Of a DNA stretch of 25,012 bases, positions 1 to 7,937 are shown piece by piece. Under the pieces are notes generated by a model. The model was not told the DNA's origin. It ran no database searches and was given only the letters and a program-made list of their open reading frames with translations. Source of the DNA: a virus (lineage: Duplodnaviria > Caudoviricetes); IMG/VR virus record IMGVR_UViG_3300037631_002099, positions 1-25,012 of that record. One strand, 5' to 3'. Position numbers and translations under genes: made by a program. Position 1 is the first letter of the stretch, and every line of letters begins with the position of its first letter.

Positions 1-109
1 CAATCCAACTTTCATTAATTACATCATAGGGTAAAAGATCAGGCCATGCAAATTTATTATCAGCAGTATTGCCATAACTAAAACTACAACCATTTACATA
101 AACTTTCAT
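1..109 (-). CDS. Partial (N-terminus only, runs off window) SGNH/GDSL-hydrolase-like protein, MKVYVNGCSFSYGNTADNKFAWPDLLPYDVINESWI...
   Basis: Translated by hand. ATG at 109-107 directly follows the stop of the upstream ORF. 'VNGCSFSYG...WP...VIN' matches the SGNH block I (G-D/C-S) pattern. Confidence 0.7.
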   Translation of the reverse strand, partial: MKVYVNGCSFSYGNTADNKFAWPDLLPYDVINESWI

Positions 110-274
110 TTAATGCCCATGTCCAAAATTTACACCTAAAAACCAACCTAATGCAATAAACAATGGTCCTAAAATTAATAAATCTACAGCCCAATGTAAT
201 GCTATGGATAAAGTAACTATTTCTTTCCAATGTAATTTACATACATTTTTCCAGTGATCTAACTTTTCTCTCAT
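110..274 (-). CDS. 54-aa small membrane protein (MREKLDHWKNVCKLHWKEIVTLSIALHWAVDLLILGPLFIALGWFLGVNFGHGH), not in ORF track
   Basis: Translated by hand. ATGA overlap with the primase stop, TAA at 112-110, long hydrophobic segment, fills the gap exactly. Confidence 0.75.
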   Translation of the reverse strand: MREKLDHWKNVCKLHWKEIVTLSIALHWAVDLLILGPLFIALGWFLGVNFGHGH

Positions 275-1248
275 ATCATTTTTGCCTTAACTTTAATTTT
301 CAGTTCATTGTTAGTTGCATGTCTTATAATACTACTAACAGTAGCCATTCTGCCATAACGTTGTACAGCATCTGCGGCGTCTTTACAATCCACATGCCAA
401 GGTGGGAAACTTACTTCCCACCCTAGTTCAGCGGCCTGCATAATTAAATCTATACCTGCTTCGTCTCTGTCAGGGCAAACAATAATTCTTTTACCCAATT
501 TTTCTATTAGGTGTGCTTGTTCAGGACCAACACTATTACCTTGTATTGCTATTCCATCAATCATTATAGCATCAAAGACACCTTCTGTCACTATAACAAT
601 TTCTCTTTTACTATCTGCAAACCTATCTATATTAAAAACATATCCAGGTTGCATTTTATGTAAGTACTTAGGTGTTGTTTTATTAGGTGGATTTATATGC
701 CTAGCAGTCCAACCAACTAATTCTCCGTTATAAGAAAAGGGAACCACCAATCTTTGTTTATATAATGATTCCTCAAAATATAACAATGGATATAGACCAA
801 TAAGTCCCCTTTCTATTGCGTACTGCCTTACCGGATGTTCCTCAGGCAAATCATCTACTGCTATTGCAGTTTCAGGTAAATCTTCATTCTTAAACTTCGC
901 TAAATTATATACATAATCGGTAGTGTCTTCAGTTTCTAAATCTTCTGCATATTTTAATAAGTCAACAGTAACAGCATGTATATCTGTTTGATCAGCACCT
1001 AATTTTGTTGCTAAGTCTTTGTATTTTTTACCTAATGTAGGATTAGGTTCCCAACCTGTAGTAAACCCACAGTTAAAACAATTATAGGATATTTTTGCAC
1101 CAGTTGTAATAAGACCACCACGTTTCCTTTTATCAGTACACATTGGACAATCCATTGTATTCCAACCACTAGGAGTTTTACTTGTCCTTATAGGCAAGTT
1201 ATCCAAAAGGAGGCGGTGCACCTTTTCAACTAAGAAGTCTATATCCAT
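271..1248 (-). CDS. gp61: DNA primase, T4 gp61/DnaG-like
   Basis: N-terminal Zn ribbon (CPMC...CFNC), 'GWTAR', 'PKY', TOPRIM motifs 'IVTEGVFDA', 'CPDRDEAG', 'KDAAD'. Confidence 0.92.
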   Translation of the reverse strand: MDIDFLVEKVHRLLLDNLPIRTSKTPSGWNTMDCPMCTDKRKRGGLITTGAKISYNCFNCGFTTGWEPNPTLGKKYKDLATKLGADQTDIHAVTVDLLKYAEDLETEDTTDYVYNLAKFKNEDLPETAIAVDDLPEEHPVRQYAIERGLIGLYPLLYFEESLYKQRLVVPFSYNGELVGWTARHINPPNKTTPKYLHKMQPGYVFNIDRFADSKREIVIVTEGVFDAIMIDGIAIQGNSVGPEQAHLIEKLGKRIIVCPDRDEAGIDLIMQAAELGWEVSFPPWHVDCKDAADAVQRYGRMATVSSIIRHATNNELKIKVKAKMI

Positions 1249-1254
1249 GCATTA

Positions 1255-1283
1255 ATTATACATGATATATGCTGAAAAGTCAA
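1255..1283 (-). promoter_or_regulatory. Sigma70-type promoter for primase (TTGACT-17-TATAAT), 6 nt before ATG
   Basis: -35 at 1283-1278, -10 at 1260-1255, 17-nt spacer; fills the whole intergenic gap. Confidence 0.8.
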
Positions 1284-2063
1284 CTAGTTTCTAATTAGTA
1301 CTTTACTTATAGAACCTGCTGTAGGGACATGTTTTATTCTAATCCAATTAGCATTAACTTTAAAAGTTTTATGTGTTAATACTGAAGAAGTTGTTAAAGA
1401 AAAATCTGAGATGTCAAACCAGTCTAAACTTGCTTCGTCACTGTTAGGAGAATTTTCTAAACAACTGCCTTGTATTGTGATAGTACCTGAATAGCCACTT
1501 GGATAGATTGCTAAACTGTGTAAAGAGTGATTAAAGTTTCTATCAACATTTCCCTTTACTGCACTTGAAGTATAAATATCCTCACCGGATTGTAAGAAGG
1601 TTTCTATTGTTTGCGTTTTTACAGGTTCTCTACCTATCTGATCTGATATCTCAATTTGGAATTTAAGTCCATTGTTTTGATCTGTAAATACCGGAGCATC
1701 AGAGCCGTCTTCTTTCTGCATTACAATATAAATTGTATATAATCCTGCGTCTATATTTACAAGATCACCATCATTTAAACTAAGTTTTATTTGCCCTACT
1801 TTAGTAGTTTCTTCTAATAATTTAGATAAAACTCTTCTTTTAGAAGTAGGGTTTACGAGGTTTGCACTAAAAGACTTACCAAATACATTTTGTTTCTTTC
1901 TATCTCTATCAGTAATATTAAATAATAATTCGTTAGTCATTCCTTTATGTGCTATTAATTTTCTGTTATTCATAGGCCTGTTATCCACATATACGCCATA
2001 GGAATCTAATACTATATCAATAATATTATCATATAAATACATTTTTTGATTTCCTTGGCTCAT
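1284..2063 (-). CDS. Hypothetical protein, probably virion structural (BppU-like N-terminal beta domain)
   Basis: 259-aa beta-rich ORF. 'HKGMTNELLFNITDRDRK...GQIKLSL...AGLYTIYI' resembles baseplate-upper-type Ig-like domains. Preceded by a TAAATA late-like motif. Function is inferred. Confidence 0.5.
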   Translation of the reverse strand: MSQGNQKMYLYDNIIDIVLDSYGVYVDNRPMNNRKLIAHKGMTNELLFNITDRDRKKQNVFGKSFSANLVNPTSKRRVLSKLLEETTKVGQIKLSLNDGDLVNIDAGLYTIYIVMQKEDGSDAPVFTDQNNGLKFQIEISDQIGREPVKTQTIETFLQSGEDIYTSSAVKGNVDRNFNHSLHSLAIYPSGYSGTITIQGSCLENSPNSDEASLDWFDISDFSLTTSSVLTHKTFKVNANWIRIKHVPTAGSISKVLIRN

Positions 2064-2085
2064 AAATTTACTCTTTCTATTGTAC

Positions 2086-2110
2086 TATTTATCAATACCT
2101 TACATAAATA
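2086..2110. promoter_or_regulatory. Back-to-back T4-late-like promoters: GATAAATA (minus, 2093-2086) and CATAAATA (plus, 2103-2110)
   Basis: Two divergent TAAATA motifs in the short gap between divergent genes; T4 late consensus is TATAAATA. Confidence 0.65.
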
Positions 2111-2115
2111 ACATT

Positions 2116-2496
2116 GTGGAGAAAAAAGATCTAATAGATTCAACAAAAGAAAAATATCCCTTTCTTACTGGCATATTGTATGGAGGTAAAGAATATGTTG
2201 GTATAGTAGTCAATCATGATAATAGTATCTTAACATTTTACGATATTGAGAAGATACCTACAATAGAAGATAAAAGAATATTCTTACAAATGGGAGAGAC
2301 ATGGTGGTGGGAATCTAATCGTATGCTACCTATAGATGTATTTTTAAATATAGAAATGAGAATGTTTCAACCTTGCTTAAAAACTTTTATAATGAAAGAT
2401 GTTGAAATATTATTTGGTCCTGTAACCACATTACAAAATTTATTAAAGAAACGTATAAAAAGACGTGGAATCCAATTAGTTAAAAAGACAGATTAA
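2116..2496 (+). CDS. Hypothetical protein (WWWES motif); probable start GTG at 2116
   Basis: Only complete plus-strand gene. The in-frame GTG lies 5 nt after CATAAATA, as at other TAAATA sites. The track start at 2080 overlaps the promoter region. Confidence 0.7.
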   Translation: MEKKDLIDSTKEKYPFLTGILYGGKEYVGIVVNHDNSILTFYDIEKIPTIEDKRIFLQMGETWWWESNRMLPIDVFLNIEMRMFQPCLKTFIMKDVEILFGPVTTLQNLLKKRIKRRGIQLVKKTD

Positions 2497-3063
2497 CTAT
2501 TCACAAATACTATTAAGTTGTACCATTATTGCTAGAGCATAACCATAACTATGACTCTTCTTAAAGAAGTAAGTCCCATCATTTGGTTTTACCCAAACAT
2601 TATCCTCTATCTCCTTCCAACTCTTTCCTACCAAGTGACGTTTACCAGGCCTTATAATTGCCAATATCATTGCTAATTGTTCTATATTAGTAGGAGTATG
2701 TTGCTTAACAATATCCCAATGGTTACTTATGTGGAACAACTGCTCAACAACTTCTTTATGTTGTAGAAGTTCCCACATGGGTTCTGTATTTACTAACTTG
2801 TTTAAATGTGCTTCATCTTTAATATCGTTGTATACACTAGCATTTAAAAAATCTACTTTAAACCAACCCTCATCTTCTGCTTGTTTGTGATCTATTGTAC
2901 TGTATCCTTGTAAAGGAAACTTAGGAATATTTTGAAAGTAGACGCCAGTATTGTGCTTAGTAAACTTACCATCCTTTTCAATACTTGCAGGAGTATGGTT
3001 AATTAACTTTAAAAAGTCATCTCTGTTAGCCATATCTATATCTACATCAAAATCAATCTTCAT
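2497..3063 (-). CDS. Miniature DNA polymerase III alpha (DnaE, C-family)-like protein, 188 aa
   Basis: Ordered DnaE motifs: FDVDID (PDxDxD), KHNTGV (HAxGV), GWFKVDFL (GLxKxDFL), LAIIRPG (ALYRPG), YFFKKSHSYGY (YxFNKSHAxAY). Confidence 0.8.
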   Translation of the reverse strand: MKIDFDVDIDMANRDDFLKLINHTPASIEKDGKFTKHNTGVYFQNIPKFPLQGYSTIDHKQAEDEGWFKVDFLNASVYNDIKDEAHLNKLVNTEPMWELLQHKEVVEQLFHISNHWDIVKQHTPTNIEQLAMILAIIRPGKRHLVGKSWKEIEDNVWVKPNDGTYFFKKSHSYGYALAIMVQLNSICE

Positions 3064-3313
3064 TAAACAACGAACTCCACTTCATTAATTTTTGTTCTTT
3101 TAAAAACATTCTGTCCTTTATTTGTTCCTCTGTAACAAATCCATCTCTTTTTAATAATTCAATCATACACATTAAATCACCAACTTCATCTTGTAAATTT
3201 TTTAAATCATTAGGACATTCATCATCTTCAAACCGTATTAGTTTACTACATGCCTGTACCAATTCACCGCATTCTTCCATTGTTATTGTAAGTAATTCTT
3301 GTTTCTTATTCAT
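3053..3313 (-). CDS. MazG-like NTP pyrophosphohydrolase (86 aa; start MNKKQ)
   Basis: 'EECGEL...LQDEVGDL' EExxE/ExxD motif; ATGA overlap with the upstream stop at 3310. Confidence 0.8.
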   Translation of the reverse strand: MNKKQELLTITMEECGELVQACSKLIRFEDDECPNDLKNLQDEVGDLMCMIELLKRDGFVTEEQIKDRMFLKEQKLMKWSSLFNED

Positions 3314-3969
3314 TTTTTTGTTGCCATTCTTTTTATATGGTTGTGTATTACCCAATTACAACTTATGCTATACCTAAAACTATTACCTAGCACCGGTGCA
3401 GTATAATGTAAAGTAGATGAAGGAAATATTAATAAGTCACCTTCTTCAGGTTCTAAATCAACACAGTATCTTCCAAATCCATTAGTATTTACTTCCTGTC
3501 CATATTGAAAATTTATTTGTCCTTTTTGTTTATGATTAGTTGTAGAATTAACTTTATAATATTCTACATTAGTATCTAATTCAATCCTAGGATATAAAAC
3601 TGTAACAATGTCTGCACTAGTTATGTGACTATGGATTGGATTATATTCCATTGCTATTTGTTTATTGTACCATGCAGATCTTAAATTACATATTGAATCA
3701 AAATTATTTTCTTTTAATATTTTTCCATATATTCCTGAATCTACAGTTTTTATATATTCATCTACATACTGAGAAATCGTATTAGAAACTTCTGAACCTT
3801 TTAATCTTTCAAGTATATGTACTTCTTCTTTTATATATCCAACTAAAGTATCTGTTGCATCTCTATGGGAGTTAATACAAATTTGATATAGTTCATTTGT
3901 TTCTTCTTTTGATAATTTTACCTTTGCTATCCTAGGTCCAAAAGATTCCAATAATTCAAATTTATTCAT
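3310..3969 (-). CDS. 2OG-Fe(II) oxygenase superfamily protein (TIGR02466-like)
   Basis: 'AWYN...YNPIHSH...VLY' and 'PEEGDLLIFPS..LH.....RYSISCN' DSBH motifs. Confidence 0.8.
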   Translation of the reverse strand: MNKFELLESFGPRIAKVKLSKEETNELYQICINSHRDATDTLVGYIKEEVHILERLKGSEVSNTISQYVDEYIKTVDSGIYGKILKENNFDSICNLRSAWYNKQIAMEYNPIHSHITSADIVTVLYPRIELDTNVEYYKVNSTTNHKQKGQINFQYGQEVNTNGFGRYCVDLEPEEGDLLIFPSSTLHYTAPVLGNSFRYSISCNWVIHNHIKRMATKK

Positions 3970-4646
3970 ATCCCTGCTACCTCACATGATTGTTTTACTT
4001 CTGCAACTTCTTCCTTATTACCAGCAAACTGCTTCATCCAAAAGGTTGCATCTATTATATCTGCAATCATCTTGACCTGCTCATCATTAAATCTTACAAG
4101 TAATTCGTCTCCTGTTTGACACAAATATAATACCCAAGGACTTATTTTTGCACTTCTAATATCATGTACTGCTCTTGCAGGGGAGACTAATTTAAAATAA
4201 TCCTGCCAAACGTTTTTACTCTCGTCACTCCATTTGGACAAATACATAATTGTTCGTTCTAAGGCCTTCATACCGGGTTCCTTTTTTACATAATGTAACA
4301 TATACTCATCATATAAACTATCTTTGCACCAGTCAGCAAGTTTCTTACCATTTTTAATAAGCCATTCTGCAAACTGCTCTGGATTTAAATATTCATTTGT
4401 GACACAACTTCTACCAAATTTTACAAAACCCTCATAGTACTGACTTTTAACAAAGTCTTCATATGACTTTGGTTTAGTTGCTGTGGTATTAATCTCATAA
4501 AACATTTGAAATACTCTATAACCTAATCTAGTATGTGTTAGATCTTTGTCTGCCATACGTCTTTTCTTGACGCACATATGAACACTAAGAGTACGTTCGC
4601 TTTTAAATGATTTGCCACACCATTTACATGTAAAATTATTTTCCAA
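3966..4646 (-). CDS. Zinc-finger protein (CxxC-x12-H-x-C), probable start TTG at 4646
   Basis: 'FTCKWCGKSFKSERTLSVHMC'; AAGGAG SD at 4656-4651 just before the in-frame TTG. Confidence 0.7.
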   Translation of the reverse strand: MENNFTCKWCGKSFKSERTLSVHMCVKKRRMADKDLTHTRLGYRVFQMFYEINTTATKPKSYEDFVKSQYYEGFVKFGRSCVTNEYLNPEQFAEWLIKNGKKLADWCKDSLYDEYMLHYVKKEPGMKALERTIMYLSKWSDESKNVWQDYFKLVSPARAVHDIRSAKISPWVLYLCQTGDELLVRFNDEQVKMIADIIDATFWMKQFAGNKEEVAEVKQSCEVAGI

Positions 4647-5103
4647 AGATCTCCTTAATTGTTTTGTCATCATAACCATGCTGTTTTGCTAAAGTTTTTA
4701 AATCTTCTTTTGTATTAAGATCAATAAAATTATTAATATCCTCACTTTTCATATGAGGGAAAACAGAATATACAAATTCAAATACCTTATTCTTTTTCTT
4801 TCTCGCATTAGGCGGTTTCAAATAAGGATGAAATTGTATTTTACCTGTACCACAGGCACTTAATAGTAACCATTGTAGTTCAGGATGTTTGCTAACTTCA
4901 CTAAATTGGTAGTTTACCAGTTCGTTTGTCATGAATATATAGTTTGCGGCATCTCTGCCTTGCACACTACTACAATACCTCATCATCATCCAGGCACTAA
5001 AGGCTTTTTTACCTTCATCCGTTAGGTTATTATAAAAGTTTCTATCCTTTTTGTCAATCGCCGCCATTATATCTTTTAACGGAATTTGAGGTTTCTTAGG
5101 CAT
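4636..5103 (-). CDS. gp62: Clamp-loader small subunit, T4 gp62-like
   Basis: Size and pattern 'IMAAID.K...F..WMMMRY.S...NE.VN...QW..L......K.FHPYLK' resemble gp62 family; replication context. Confidence 0.6.
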   Translation of the reverse strand: MPKKPQIPLKDIMAAIDKKDRNFYNNLTDEGKKAFSAWMMMRYCSSVQGRDAANYIFMTNELVNYQFSEVSKHPELQWLLLSACGTGKIQFHPYLKPPNARKKKNKVFEFVYSVFPHMKSEDINNFIDLNTKEDLKTLAKQHGYDDKTIKEIFGK

Positions 5104-5717
5104 TATTCTCCTTCGAACTCAACAAGAGTTTCTACATTATAGCCTTCTTTCTCTATTATAGCACTTCCTTCTAAATCGGGCAAGTCCACAACTGCTAAAA
5201 CTAAAATATTTTCTCTAGGAACATTCCAGCACTGACAAATTAAACTTGCTATTGCTAGGGCAGTTCCTCCTGTTGCAATTAAATCATCTACAATGACAAT
5301 CTTATCTGTTGGTTTCAAATTGCTGTTTTGTTGTATATGCAATGTTGCTTCACCATATTCTAATTTGTAATTTCTTTGATATGTAGGGTTAGGCAACTTA
5401 CCAGGTTTCCTTGCAAGTATTAAAGGCAATTCCATATCTCTTGCTACTGGAGAAGCAAACACAAACCCTCTGCTTTCTATCGCAACTAACTTTGTTGCAT
5501 TGAATTGCATACATGCTTTAGTAATGTCAATACATGCTTTATTGAACGCCTGTGGCGTTTCTAACATGCTTGTGATATCTCTAAATTGTATTCCTTCTTT
5601 TGGAAAATTAGGTACTGTTCTAATCGCTTCTTTTAAATCCATTTTATTTCTTGACTCTTCAAGTTCCTTTAACTGCGGGTATCTGGAATAGGCAGGATGA
5701 TTATACTTAGTATCCAT
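5103..5717 (-). CDS. apt: Adenine phosphoribosyltransferase (start either coupled ATG 5717 or core ATG 5642)
   Basis: 'IRTVPNFPKEGIQFRDIT', 'IESRGF', 'RKPGKLP', 'YKLEYG', PRPP-binding 'IVDDLIATGGT'. Confidence 0.95.
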   Translation of the reverse strand: MDTKYNHPAYSRYPQLKELEESRNKMDLKEAIRTVPNFPKEGIQFRDITSMLETPQAFNKACIDITKACMQFNATKLVAIESRGFVFASPVARDMELPLILARKPGKLPNPTYQRNYKLEYGEATLHIQQNSNLKPTDKIVIVDDLIATGGTALAIASLICQCWNVPRENILVLAVVDLPDLEGSAIIEKEGYNVETLVEFEGE

Positions 5718-6808
5718 TAGAATATATTTACTTTTTCCCATGGCATATCTTCTTTACCAAAGTGTCCATAGTTAGTTGTAGTAGTTAAGTCTAAATCAAA
5801 TAAATTAAATTTTTCAATTATACCTTTTGGTGTTAAATCAATGTTGTTCATAAAATAATCTGCAAACTCTTTTCTTACTTCACCATCTGCATATACATAT
5901 ATACTAGTTGGTTCTTTTACACCAATAGCATAACTTAATTGTACTGTGGCATTTTTTGCCTTGCCACTTGCTACAATATTCTTTGCTAAGTAACGTGCCA
6001 TATAAGCCGCACTTCTGTCTACCTTAGTACAATCTTTACCACTAAATGCTCCACCACCATGAGGTGCATAACCACCATATGTATCTACAATAATTTTTCT
6101 TCCTGTTAATCCTGTATCACCATCTGGACCACCTATAACAAATCTACCTGTTGGGTTGATTAACCATTTTGAATGTAATAAATCTACTTTGTCTTTAACA
6201 ACAGGCAGTATTATATCTATAACCTTTTCTCTAACTTCTTCTATACTTAATTCATCACTATGTTGTGTACTACATACTATAGTTTTAATATCTATTGGCT
6301 GTCCTACTTTATCATAATTAAATGTGACTTGTGCTTTACTATCAGGACCTAACCAATCTCCCCCATTGCGTCTAGTATTTTCTAATGCTTTGAGTATCTC
6401 ATGACTGTAATATATTGCACTAGGCATATGATTTGGTGTCTCATCACATGCATAACCAAACATAAGACCTTGATCTCCTGCTCCTAAGTCATCAGTACCT
6501 AATGCAATGTCTGGACTTTGGCCATGTAATTCATTATATACTTTTAGTTTTTCCCAATGAAACCCATCTTGTTCGTATCCTATATCTTGTACAACTGCTC
6601 TTACAATATCTTCAATTTCATCTTTATCAAACTTATCACTTTTGAATTCACCAGCAAGTGTAACCATATTGGTTGTTACTAAAGTTTCAACAGCCGCCCT
6701 ATGATTTATATTTTTATCTATTAAATAAGTTGCGACAGCATCAGATATTTGATCTGATATTTTATCTGGATGTCCGCTACTTACACTTTCACTTGTAAAT
6801 TCATACAT
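5717..6808 (-). CDS. metK: S-adenosylmethionine synthetase
   Basis: 'FTSESVSSGHPDK', 'GAGDQG', 'GGPDGDTGLTGRK', 'GGGAFSGKD', 'YGHFG' signatures. Confidence 0.97.
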   Translation of the reverse strand: MYEFTSESVSSGHPDKISDQISDAVATYLIDKNINHRAAVETLVTTNMVTLAGEFKSDKFDKDEIEDIVRAVVQDIGYEQDGFHWEKLKVYNELHGQSPDIALGTDDLGAGDQGLMFGYACDETPNHMPSAIYYSHEILKALENTRRNGGDWLGPDSKAQVTFNYDKVGQPIDIKTIVCSTQHSDELSIEEVREKVIDIILPVVKDKVDLLHSKWLINPTGRFVIGGPDGDTGLTGRKIIVDTYGGYAPHGGGAFSGKDCTKVDRSAAYMARYLAKNIVASGKAKNATVQLSYAIGVKEPTSIYVYADGEVRKEFADYFMNNIDLTPKGIIEKFNLFDLDLTTTTNYGHFGKEDMPWEKVNIF

Positions 6809-7131
6809 TAATTGTCTCCTTCTTTTACAAAGATACCATCTATCATTTTACCTTTGCGATCTTTTATATCATCATATGCTACTTGCAAACATTCTTCCAT
6901 ACTAATATTATTTCTTTTCATAATATTAATCATTACAACTAACATGTCACCTAAGTCGTCTCTAATATCGTTACCTTTACAGACATTATCTGATAACTCT
7001 CCCATTTCTTGTAGTAGTTTTAATACTTGATCTTTATCAGTTGCTCCTTCTATAAGATTTCTATCTGTATGCCATTGTTCTACTAGTTCAACTAGTTCAG
7101 GCAAGTTCCATTGTTCATTAATGCTATTCAT
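6808..7131 (-). CDS. MazG-like nucleotide pyrophosphohydrolase
   Basis: 'KLLQEMGEL...DDLGDMLVV...CLQVAYDDIKDRKG' phage MazG-like pattern. Confidence 0.85.
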   Translation of the reverse strand: MNSINEQWNLPELVELVEQWHTDRNLIEGATDKDQVLKLLQEMGELSDNVCKGNDIRDDLGDMLVVMINIMKRNNISMEECLQVAYDDIKDRKGKMIDGIFVKEGDN

Positions 7132-7937
7132 TATAATTTTCCTTTTTGTTTCATTTCTTTACGAATTTTAGTTGCACTGATGCTTTCAATGTCTGCATCT
7201 AATACTTCCTGCTCTACCTTATACCCTACATCTCTACCATATGTAATATTCATTATGTTAGGAACTGGATAACATCTAAACTTACCTGCATATTCATATA
7301 GTTCTTGTTCTATATTTTCACATATATCTTCAGGTGACCAAGGATTATTATCGTTCAAAGGCATGTCTCTTACAAGTATTGCAACTTGTCCATGTTTATC
7401 TAATGCTTTTTCAAATAATGCCTTATGGCCTGCATGGAACGGTTGGAACCTTCCTAACATTTGTGTAGTTGGTAGTTTTGGTTGGAATTCGTGATCTTTT
7501 ATATCAACAGCAATAAGTTTTGCCCATTGTTCTATTTTATCTTCTTCCCACCAGTCATCTTCAGTAATATGTACATTCACATCAACTTCTGTTTGATTAG
7601 TAGGCTTTTCAAATATAAGATTTGTATCTTCAAATCTACCTTTTTCTATAGTATCCATAAAAATTAAATACTCAGGCATAAATGTTTTTTGTAATTCATT
7701 TGTGGGGCAAACAAAATCAGCAACACCATACCTTCCTTTTGCTACACTTTTTCTTGTGTAATCCTGCATACGTTTCATTTGCCTTGCACGGCCTTTGTTT
7801 GTAAAGTCCCAGTCCTTAAACTTTGACCTTATTTCGTCTGCATTATAAAAATCTGCATTACCTAGTACTTCTACTAGTTTAGTTGCTAACGTTGTTTTAC
7901 CTGATCCAGGTAATCCACATATTAATATTCTTTTCAT
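7131..7937 (-). CDS. Fusion: APS-kinase (CysC)-like P-loop kinase + HxGH (cytidylyltransferase-like) nucleotidyltransferase
   Basis: N-terminal 'ILICGLPGSGKTT...NADEIR...DWDFT..GR.RQ...ADFVCP...FEKP'; C-terminal 'GRFQPFHAGH' and 'ISATKIR'. Confidence 0.85.
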   Translation of the reverse strand: MKRILICGLPGSGKTTLATKLVEVLGNADFYNADEIRSKFKDWDFTNKGRARQMKRMQDYTRKSVAKGRYGVADFVCPTNELQKTFMPEYLIFMDTIEKGRFEDTNLIFEKPTNQTEVDVNVHITEDDWWEEDKIEQWAKLIAVDIKDHEFQPKLPTTQMLGRFQPFHAGHKALFEKALDKHGQVAILVRDMPLNDNNPWSPEDICENIEQELYEYAGKFRCYPVPNIMNITYGRDVGYKVEQEVLDADIESISATKIRKEMKQKGKL

